A stretch of 64,000 nt of DNA from Candidatus Omnitrophota bacterium (lineage in GTDB: Bacteria; Omnitrophota; Gorgyraeia; Zapsychrales; Zapsychraceae): NCBI GenBank assembly GCA_020429915.1, contig JAGQKV010000003.1:2442-66441 (forward strand), written 5' to 3'. Under the pieces are notes generated by a model. That model worked only from the letters and a program-made list of their open reading frames with translations. It was not told where the DNA came from and made no database searches. Position 1 is the first letter of the stretch; each line of letters opens with the position of its first letter. Made by a program: the position numbers and the translations under genes. Shown here piece by piece: positions 48,562 to 56,014 of this stretch.

Positions 48562-50070
48562 ATGAGCGCCAAGAACTTTTACGTCACCACACCGATATAC
48601 TATGTTAATGACAAGCCGCACATCGGTCACGCCTACACGACCATTCTGGCCGACGTCATCGCGCGTTTCCACCGCTCCAACAATCAGCCCGTTTTTTTTC
48701 TGACAGGACTCGACGAGCACGGCCAGAAGGTCCAGCAGGCCGCCGAGAAGCGCGGCATGGACCCGCAGGCCCACTGCGACGACCTGGCTCCGCGATTTTT
48801 GCAGTTATGGGAACGGCTCGAGATCCGGTACGACGACTTTATCCGCACCACCGAAGACCGTCATCAAACCATTGTGCAAAAAGTGTTGCAGGACGTCTAC
48901 GACAAGGGCGACATCTATACCGACGAGTATGAAGGCTGGTATTCGGTGTCCGAAGAGCGTTTCATCACCGAAAAGGAAAAGGACTCCGGCGAGTTCCGCG
49001 ACGTGAAGCGGATCAAGGAGAAGAATTATTTCTTCAAGATGAGCAAGTACCAGCAGCAGCTCATCGATCACATCAACGCTAACCCCGGTTTCATCCAGCC
49101 CGAACACCGCAAGAACGAGATCCTCGGATTTCTGCGAGAACCGCTCAACGACCTGTGCATCTCGCGGCCGAAGGCGCGAATGAGCTGGGGGATCGATCTG
49201 CCCTTCGATGCCGATTACGTGACCTATGTCTGGTTCGATGCGCTGTTGAATTATGTCTCGGCGCCGGGTTACGGCTCGGACGAAAATAAATTTCAGACGT
49301 GGTGGCCCGCCAACGTGCATCTGATCGGCAAGGATATCCTGACCACGCACTGCGTGTACTGGCCGACCATGCTGATGGCGATGGGCGTGGAATTACCGAC
49401 CACCGTCTTTGCCCACGGCTGGTGGCTGATGGGCGAGTCCAAGATGAGCAAATCCCTGGGCAACGTGGTCAGTCCGCTGGACCTCATCGAGGAGTACGGC
49501 GTCGACGCAGTACGTTATTATCTGATGAGCGAGATGGTCCTCGGGCAGGACGCCAGCTTCACCATCGAGTCGTTTATCAAACGTTTCAACAGCGATCTCG
49601 CCAACGACTTCGGCAATCTTCTCAACCGGGTGTGCGGTCTGATCGGCAAGTATTTCGAGGCCAAGGTTCCGCAACCGGGCGAGCATACGGCGGAGGACCG
49701 GGCCATCATCGACCAGGCCGTCGCGCTCGAGACGGAAGTCACCCGGCACATCGACAAACTGCAAATCCATTCGGCGATCTTCGCGATCCTGGACTTGGTC
49801 GGCAAGACCAACCGTTACATGGAACACGAGGCGCCGTGGAAGGTCGCCAAGGAAGATTTGACCCGGGCCGGGACGATTCTCTACGTCGCCACCGAGTCAC
49901 TGCGCGTCGCCGCGCATCACCTCAGTCCGGTCATGCCGGCACGCTGCGGCAAGGTCCGGGGGATCCTCGGCGCCGCGGACAGCGGCGCGGCGTGGGGAGA
50001 GCTGAAACCAGGCACCGAACTCCCGGCGCCGGAGGCGTTGTTTCCGAGATTGGAGATGCCCGGCGTGTGA
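48562..50070 (+). CDS. metG: Methionyl-tRNA synthetase, short form without C-terminal tRNA-binding appendage
   Basis: HIGH motif PHIGHAYTT, KMSKS motif KMSKSLGN. 502 aa. Confidence 0.9.
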   Translation: MSAKNFYVTTPIYYVNDKPHIGHAYTTILADVIARFHRSNNQPVFFLTGLDEHGQKVQQAAEKRGMDPQAHCDDLAPRFLQLWERLEIRYDDFIRTTEDRHQTIVQKVLQDVYDKGDIYTDEYEGWYSVSEERFITEKEKDSGEFRDVKRIKEKNYFFKMSKYQQQLIDHINANPGFIQPEHRKNEILGFLREPLNDLCISRPKARMSWGIDLPFDADYVTYVWFDALLNYVSAPGYGSDENKFQTWWPANVHLIGKDILTTHCVYWPTMLMAMGVELPTTVFAHGWWLMGESKMSKSLGNVVSPLDLIEEYGVDAVRYYLMSEMVLGQDASFTIESFIKRFNSDLANDFGNLLNRVCGLIGKYFEAKVPQPGEHTAEDRAIIDQAVALETEVTRHIDKLQIHSAIFAILDLVGKTNRYMEHEAPWKVAKEDLTRAGTILYVATESLRVAAHHLSPVMPARCGKVRGILGAADSGAAWGELKPGTELPAPEALFPRLEMPGV

Positions 50071-50234
50071 ACAGCGGCCAGCGGTGAGCGGCCAGAGAAC
50101 AGAAAGGGAAAAGCGGATAGAAGATAGTGGGATCAGGGAACAGCTCCTCGGCAGTTTCTGGTGGCTTACTACTGATCCCAACATGACGCGTCCTGAACAC
50201 TCGCCGCTGGACGCTGTCCGCTGAACGCTAAAAT

Positions 50235-51287
50235 ATGCCGATAAACACCGTCAAGTGGACCCGCAATGAACTCAAGCTCATCGACCAGACCAAGCTTCCC
50301 GACGCGCTGAAGTATATTCACTGCCGTGATATTCAGACTGTCTGGAACGCGATCCGGCGCCTGAGCGTGCGGGGGGCGCCGGCCATCGGCGTGGCCGCGG
50401 CCTACGGGGTGTTGCTGGAGGCCAATCATTTCAAAGGGAAGACCCGCGACGAATTGATGATCCGTGTCGATGAAGCGTGCAGTTATCTGGCTACGGCCCG
50501 GCCCACGGCCGTGAATCTGTTTTACGCCCTGGACCGTATGAACAAGGTCTTTGCCAAGCACCCGGGGGAATCCAGTGTGGCCGTCCTGAAGAAGTTGCTC
50601 AAGGATGAGGCCATGGCGATGTATGAAGAGGACCGCCGGGTCTGCCGTCAGATGGGACAGCACGGCGCCAAGTTCATCAAACCGCATAACCGGGTCATGA
50701 CGATCTGCAATGCCGGCGCGCTGGCCACCGTCGATTACGGCACCGCCCTCGGCGTGATGTACGCGGCGCACGAACAGGCCGTCCCGTTTCAGGTCTACGC
50801 CTGTGAGACGCGTCCGCTCCTGCAGGGCGCCCGGTTGACCACGTGGGAACTGCGCAAGGCCAAGATCCCGGTGACGGTCATCTGCGACAGCATGGCCGCC
50901 ACCGTCATGAAGCGCGGGCTGATAGACGCCGTCTTTACCGGGGCCGACCGCATCGCCGCCAACGGCGACACCGCCAACAAGATCGGGACCTACAATCTCG
51001 CAATCCTGGCCAAGCACCACAAGGTGCCGTTCTACGTGGTCGCCCCGAGCTCCACGTTCGATCTGACCATCGCCAACGGCGACGGGATCCCGATCGAAGA
51101 GCGGCATCACGACGAAGTGACGCATTTTCGTCACGTGCGCGTGGCGCCGCGCGGGGTAAAGGCGTTCAATCCGGCCTTTGACGTGACCGAGGCGAAATTG
51201 ATCACCGCGATCATTACCGAGCGCGGCGTGATCGTCAAGCCCGGCCGTGCCAGCGTGAATAAGGTCCTGCGGTATGACAAAATCTGA
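50235..51287 (+). CDS. mtnA: Methylthioribose-1-phosphate isomerase (eIF-2B alpha/beta/delta-like)
   Basis: RGAPAIGVAAAYG, CNAGALATVDYGTALG and GADRIAANGDTANKIGTY. Confidence 0.85.
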   Translation: MPINTVKWTRNELKLIDQTKLPDALKYIHCRDIQTVWNAIRRLSVRGAPAIGVAAAYGVLLEANHFKGKTRDELMIRVDEACSYLATARPTAVNLFYALDRMNKVFAKHPGESSVAVLKKLLKDEAMAMYEEDRRVCRQMGQHGAKFIKPHNRVMTICNAGALATVDYGTALGVMYAAHEQAVPFQVYACETRPLLQGARLTTWELRKAKIPVTVICDSMAATVMKRGLIDAVFTGADRIAANGDTANKIGTYNLAILAKHHKVPFYVVAPSSTFDLTIANGDGIPIEERHHDEVTHFRHVRVAPRGVKAFNPAFDVTEAKLITAIITERGVIVKPGRASVNKVLRYDKI

Positions 51288-52185
51288 AACCCTCAGCGAC
51301 ATCGGCGAGTTCGGCCTTATCGACAAACTACGCCGGACCGTGCACAGCGGTCGGGCCCGTCTGGCGATCGGCGACGACGCGGCGGTCCTGCCCTACAGCC
51401 GCTCCCGCGATGAACTACTGGCCGCGGACATGCTGGCCGAGGGAGTCCACTTTAAGAAAACAACCGATCCGCGGCTGATCGGACGCAAGGCGATCAACAG
51501 CTGCATCAGCGACATCGCCGCCATGGGCGGCCTGCCGCGCTTTGCAGTGATCTCGCTGGGCGTGCCTGCCCGCCGTCCGGTGAAGGATATCCGCGAGCTC
51601 TATGCCGGCATCAACAGCGCCGCCCGCAAATTCGATTGCGGGATCGTCGGCGGAGACACGATCAAAAGCCCGAAGCTGATCATCAATGTGGCCATGACCG
51701 GCTTGGTGCAACGGAGTCAGCTGGTCCGCCGCAGCGGGGCGAGGCCCGGGCACATCATCATGGTGACCGGCCCGCTGGGCAATTCCCTGAAGTCGGGTCA
51801 TCATTTGAAATTCACCCCGCGCGTCGACGCGGCGCAGTATCTCGTCAAACATTTCAAACCGTCGGCCATGATCGACGTCTCCGACGGTTTTCTGGCCGAC
51901 CTCGCACACATCCTGGAAGAAAGCGGGGTGGGCGCGCGGATCTATGAAGACCGGCTGCCGATGCGTCAAGGCGCGACCCTGCGCCGGGCGCTGTGCGACG
52001 GCGAGGACTTCGAGTTACTGTTTACCCTGACCAAGACCAAGGCGGCCAAGCTGCTGACCGCGAAGACACGCGGCCTGCGGTTTTATCCCGTCGGCGAGAT
52101 AACCGCCAAGGGGCTGACCTTTATGACCAAAAAGACCAGCGCGATCACCCTGAAACATCGCGGCTATGATCATTACCGCCGATGA
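51274..52185 (+). CDS. thiL: Thiamine-monophosphate kinase
   Basis: IGEFGLIDKL, IGDDAAVL, and the AIR-synthase-related fold. Confidence 0.8.
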   Translation: MTKSETLSDIGEFGLIDKLRRTVHSGRARLAIGDDAAVLPYSRSRDELLAADMLAEGVHFKKTTDPRLIGRKAINSCISDIAAMGGLPRFAVISLGVPARRPVKDIRELYAGINSAARKFDCGIVGGDTIKSPKLIINVAMTGLVQRSQLVRRSGARPGHIIMVTGPLGNSLKSGHHLKFTPRVDAAQYLVKHFKPSAMIDVSDGFLADLAHILEESGVGARIYEDRLPMRQGATLRRALCDGEDFELLFTLTKTKAAKLLTAKTRGLRFYPVGEITAKGLTFMTKKTSAITLKHRGYDHYRR

Positions 52186-52646
52186 AGATCACAACCCGAA
52201 AACCGCAAGAAACAAGCGCCGTGGGCAAGGCGCTGGCCCGCCACCTGCAGCCGGGCGACATCATCCTGCTCGTCGGCGATCTTGGCTCCGGAAAGACGAC
52301 CTTCGTCAAGGGCGTGGCCGCCGGCCTGCGCCTGAAGCCCGACGCGGTGCACAGCCCGACCTTTGTCTTGATGAACATTTACGAAGGCCGGCTCCCGTTG
52401 TTCCATTTCGATCTGTACCGGCTCGATCCGGGGGAACAAATGAACGGACTCGGTCTCGACGAATTTCTCTACGGCGACGGCGTGGCGCTGGTCGAATGGG
52501 CCGACCGCATGGGCGGCTGGACGCCGCGGGAGTACCTGCGCCTGGACCTGACGCACGGCGGTGAAGAAAAGCGGACCCTGGTGCTGAAGGCCAAGGGCGC
52601 GCGCTACCGGCAATTGCTCGAAAACGTAAAGGCGGCATTCCGATGA
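52182..52646 (+). CDS. tsaE: tRNA threonylcarbamoyladenosine biosynthesis ATPase TsaE
   Basis: ILLVGDLGSGKTTFVKG, SPTFVLMNIYEG, HFDLYRL. Confidence 0.85.
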   Translation: MKITTRKPQETSAVGKALARHLQPGDIILLVGDLGSGKTTFVKGVAAGLRLKPDAVHSPTFVLMNIYEGRLPLFHFDLYRLDPGEQMNGLGLDEFLYGDGVALVEWADRMGGWTPREYLRLDLTHGGEEKRTLVLKAKGARYRQLLENVKAAFR

Positions 52647-53332
52647 ATACGCTGGCCATCGACACATCCACACGCACGCTGAGCCTGGCCCTGGCAATCG
52701 ACGGGACGTGTGTGTCCTACCGCAACATTGTGCTCAACCGGCGCATGGCCGACGCGATCGTCCCGCACATCACCGCCTTTTTACGCCGGCGCGGGCTGGG
52801 GCTTGAAGATATCGGTGCGGTCGTGGCGGGACGCGGACCGGGATCGTTTACCAGCCTGCGGGTGGGCGTGGCCACGGTCAAAGGATTATGTTTCGGACGC
52901 GACATTCCGGTGGCCGGCATCCCCAGTCCCGCCGCGGTTGCCGCCGCGGTCGCCGCCACACCCGGGAAAACCGACTGTAAGCTGTGTGTGATCAGTGACG
53001 CGCGCCGCGGCCTGCTGTATGCCGCGACCTACCGGATTGAAGAGGAGCGACCGGTCGCCGCCGGCGACTGTCAATTGCTTCCGTGGAAGGAACTGCGTCG
53101 TCAGCTGACCAAACCCGTGGTCTTTGCCGGCGACGGGGTGACGCTGCACCGCGAGGACATCGTCAAGGCCTTCGGGCCCGACGCGGCCCTGACTGATCCG
53201 AAATTCCTGACGCCGCAGGCGCGTTATCTGCTGCCGGCCGGACTCGCCGCCATCAAAGACGGCCGGGCCGGGGATGCGGCGACGCTCGAACCGTTGTACC
53301 TGTACGCCGAAGACTGCCAGGTGCGCCCGTGA
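52643..53332 (+). CDS. tsaB: tRNA threonylcarbamoyladenosine biosynthesis protein TsaB
   Basis: MNTLAIDTSTRTLSLAL, GPGSFTSLRVGVA. Confidence 0.8.
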   Translation: MNTLAIDTSTRTLSLALAIDGTCVSYRNIVLNRRMADAIVPHITAFLRRRGLGLEDIGAVVAGRGPGSFTSLRVGVATVKGLCFGRDIPVAGIPSPAAVAAAVAATPGKTDCKLCVISDARRGLLYAATYRIEEERPVAAGDCQLLPWKELRRQLTKPVVFAGDGVTLHREDIVKAFGPDAALTDPKFLTPQARYLLPAGLAAIKDGRAGDAATLEPLYLYAEDCQVRP

Positions 53333-54531
53333 ACCGACGTAACTATAAAAATCCCATGCCGCAGCACGCGACCTGGTGCGAGATCGATCTGGCCGCCATC
53401 CGTCACAACCTGCGCCAGGTCAAGGAGCTGGCCTCGCGCAACGAATTCTTTCTTCCCGGCCGTAGCGGATCGGGACAGAAGATCAAAACCAGCATGATGG
53501 GCGTGCTGTGTGTGATCAAGGCCGACGCCTACGGCCACGGCATGCTCGAGGTGTGCGGGGTCCTTGACGACGAGGGGGTGGAGATGTTCGGCGTGTCCGA
53601 CATCAATGAAGGCATTGCTCTGCGCGACCGCGGCATCACGACACCGGTGCTGCTGTTTGAAAGCACGCTTCCCGAACACATTCCGTTTATCTGCGAATAC
53701 GATTTGACGCCGACATTGTGCACGCTGGAATTTGCCCGCCGTTTGGACGAGCTGGCGCACAAACTGAACAAGACCGTGCGCGTCCATATCGAGGTCGACA
53801 CCGGCATGGGCCGGCTCGGCGAGTGGCATACCGGCGCGCTGGATTTTATCCGCCAGGTCGCGTCTTTGCGCAATCTGGTGATCGAGGGGATTTTCACCCA
53901 TTTCCCGTCCGCCGACACCGACAAGAAATTCACCCGCCAGCAGATCGACCTGATCCACGGCATCATCCTCGAACTCGACCGGGAAGGGCTGATCATCCCG
54001 TATGTCCACGCCTGCAACAGCATGGGCCTGATGGGCTATCACACCAGCGTGATGAATCTGTTCCGGCCGGGGTTAATGGTGTACGGCCAGTACCCGGCCA
54101 AACGTGTGCGCGATGTCATCGCGCTGAAGCCGGTGCTCACGGTCAAAAGCAAGGTCATCTATGTCAAAGAGATTGCCAAGGGTCGCAGCATCTCCTACGG
54201 CCGGACATTCGTCGCCAAGCGCCGGATGACCGTGGCCACCATCCCGATCGGCTACAATGACGGATACCTGCGCGAGTACTCCAACAAGGCGCACGTACTC
54301 ATTAACGGTCGCCGCTGCCGGGTGCTGGGCATGGTCACTATGGACCAGATCGTCGTCGATGTGACCGGTATCGGCGGTGTGAGCGAAGGGACGATCGCCA
54401 CCGTGCTGGGCCGCGACGGCGACGATGAAATCACGGCCGACGAACTTGCCCGGCACGCCAAGACGATCAACTACGAAATCCTGTGCCACCTCGGCAACTG
54501 CATCCCGCGGGTGTACTTGGAGGCATCCTAA
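53329..54531 (+). CDS. alr: Alanine racemase
   Basis: PLP-lysine motif VIKADAYGHG, and C-terminal beta domain with the YGR..V..M pattern. Confidence 0.9.
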   Translation: MNRRNYKNPMPQHATWCEIDLAAIRHNLRQVKELASRNEFFLPGRSGSGQKIKTSMMGVLCVIKADAYGHGMLEVCGVLDDEGVEMFGVSDINEGIALRDRGITTPVLLFESTLPEHIPFICEYDLTPTLCTLEFARRLDELAHKLNKTVRVHIEVDTGMGRLGEWHTGALDFIRQVASLRNLVIEGIFTHFPSADTDKKFTRQQIDLIHGIILELDREGLIIPYVHACNSMGLMGYHTSVMNLFRPGLMVYGQYPAKRVRDVIALKPVLTVKSKVIYVKEIAKGRSISYGRTFVAKRRMTVATIPIGYNDGYLREYSNKAHVLINGRRCRVLGMVTMDQIVVDVTGIGGVSEGTIATVLGRDGDDEITADELARHAKTINYEILCHLGNCIPRVYLEAS

Positions 54532-55466
54532 TGCGAATCCAATTCCGCCACGTTTTGTTGCTTACCCTCATTGTAAACTTTTTATGTTCAACTGTTGCCG
54601 CAGCGGTTGAACGAGTGGCTGGAACACATGTAAGCTTGAATCCGCCGCCGAACTTTGAAAAAGCGGATAAGTTTCCCGGTTTCATGCGTGAAGAGTACGG
54701 CGCGTCGATTATGGTGATGGAGCTCCCGGGTCCGTTCGATGAATATAGAGCCGGCATTGAAGACAAGGATCACTTGAGTACGCGAGGGATGCGTCTTTTG
54801 CAGAAAGAGGCTGTCCGGGTGGATAACCGAGACGGCTTACTGGTGCATCTTTCTCAGGTGCTTCATTCGTTGGAATTCCGAAAATGGGTATTGCTCATCG
54901 GTGAGCGAGATCGAAACGTTATGGTCATGGCAAATTATCCTGCAGAACTTGAAGAAGAATTTTCGATGATTTTGCGTGAGAGTGTGCTCAGTACACTTTG
55001 GGATCCGGACCAACAAGTGAGCAAGGAAGAGGGATTAAATTTCACCTTAACCGAATCCGGATCGATGCGTCTTGCGGAGCGGATGGGGAATATGCTGATG
55101 TACTCAAAGGATGCACAGGTTCAGCCTAGATCGGTGGATGATCCCATTTTGATCGCTGGTTCTGCCTTGACAGATTGGCCTATTGGTGACAGAAAAGAGT
55201 TTTCCCGAAAGCGTCTGCAATTGACCGCTACCGTCACGGCGATTGAGATCGAGACTTTGGATGAGGTACGTGTGGACGGTTTAGAGGCGGTCGAAATTCT
55301 GGCGAAAGCGAAGGATACTGATTCCGGGAAAGAAATTCGTCTTTACCAAATGATGGTTTTTAAGGGGCAGACCTACTACCTGATTCAGGGTATGGTGAGC
55401 TTACGCCGGGAGGACGAATTTATGGCGGACTTTCAGGCAATGGCGCGATCGTTTAAGTGCAAATAA
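54531..55466 (+). CDS. Secreted hypothetical protein in a lower-GC segment
   Basis: Signal peptide MRIQFRHVLLLTLIVNFLCSTVAAA and no recognisable motifs. Local GC is about 45% versus about 62% genome-like background. Confidence 0.55.
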   Translation: MRIQFRHVLLLTLIVNFLCSTVAAAVERVAGTHVSLNPPPNFEKADKFPGFMREEYGASIMVMELPGPFDEYRAGIEDKDHLSTRGMRLLQKEAVRVDNRDGLLVHLSQVLHSLEFRKWVLLIGERDRNVMVMANYPAELEEEFSMILRESVLSTLWDPDQQVSKEEGLNFTLTESGSMRLAERMGNMLMYSKDAQVQPRSVDDPILIAGSALTDWPIGDRKEFSRKRLQLTATVTAIEIETLDEVRVDGLEAVEILAKAKDTDSGKEIRLYQMMVFKGQTYYLIQGMVSLRREDEFMADFQAMARSFKCK

Positions 55467-55571
55467 ACTTGCATGTGTACCATGGGGTCCTTATGTGTCC
55501 GAGAATGACTACCTAAGTTGCCCAGGACATCCATATTGCAAAAATAAGTACCCCCACTAGCCCGATGAGTA

Positions 55572-55600
55572 TTGACAATCACTTACGATTGATTTACATT
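55572..55600 (+). promoter_or_regulatory. Candidate sigma70 promoter TTGACA-17-TACATT in the non-coding region upstream of the giant gene
   Basis: TTGACA at 55572-55577, a 17 nt spacer, TACATT at 55595-55600. Confidence 0.4.
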
Positions 55601-55606
55601 TAGCAT

Positions 55607-55688
55607 ATAGTCACGGCAACGATGTCGTGACTTACCTGAACGGACATTGAAGCCCGGATTGCCGAACCAACGGCGGCCCGGGTTTTTT
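55607..55688 (+). ncRNA. Candidate small RNA (about 80 nt) between the promoter and an intrinsic terminator
   Basis: Predicted transcript carries the hairpin GTCACG-N10-CGTGAC (55610-55631) and ends at a terminator. No family assigned. Confidence 0.3.
55653..55688 (+). terminator. Rho-independent terminator (CCCGG-att-GCCG-aaccaa-CGGC-gg-CCGGG + T6)
   Basis: A two-part GC stem followed by TTTTTT at 55683-55688. Confidence 0.55.
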
Positions 55689-55959
55689 CATTGAGGACAT
55701 CATTTACGGAGCGCAGCGACGTAAATGGACGTCCGAAATGAACCCGACGTAGCTCAAACGCGGAGGCACACGCAGTATGCCGGAGCATTTGAGCGTAGGC
55801 GGGTCATATCATTCATCTGGTATCACGGCTTCAGCCGTGATGCTCCCGAAGATTCGGTGGTGAATCCGCGGATCGAAGGGAGCGATACGTTCTTTTGGCT
55901 GTCCCCGGCCACTTTCCCCGTTAAGATTAACCGTCCAAGACCGTTACCTTGGATATATG

Positions 55960-55998
55960 ACCCAACTTCCCCAATTGGGAGGTTGGGCTTTTGTATTT
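55960..55998 (+). terminator. Terminator/attenuator-like hairpin directly upstream of the giant gene RBS
   Basis: CCCAAC-ttc-CCCAATTGGG-ag-GTTGGG, followed by the U-rich CTTTTGTATTT. The AGGAG SD lies at 56001-56005. Confidence 0.4.
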
Positions 55999-56014
55999 AC
56001 AGGAGTATGAAATC

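Noticed and set aside
55600-55788. 62 aa minus-strand ORF in the non-coding region upstream of the giant gene
   Set aside because: It has no RBS and overlaps the predicted promoter, hairpins and terminator on the + strand. The region is better explained as structured non-coding RNA.
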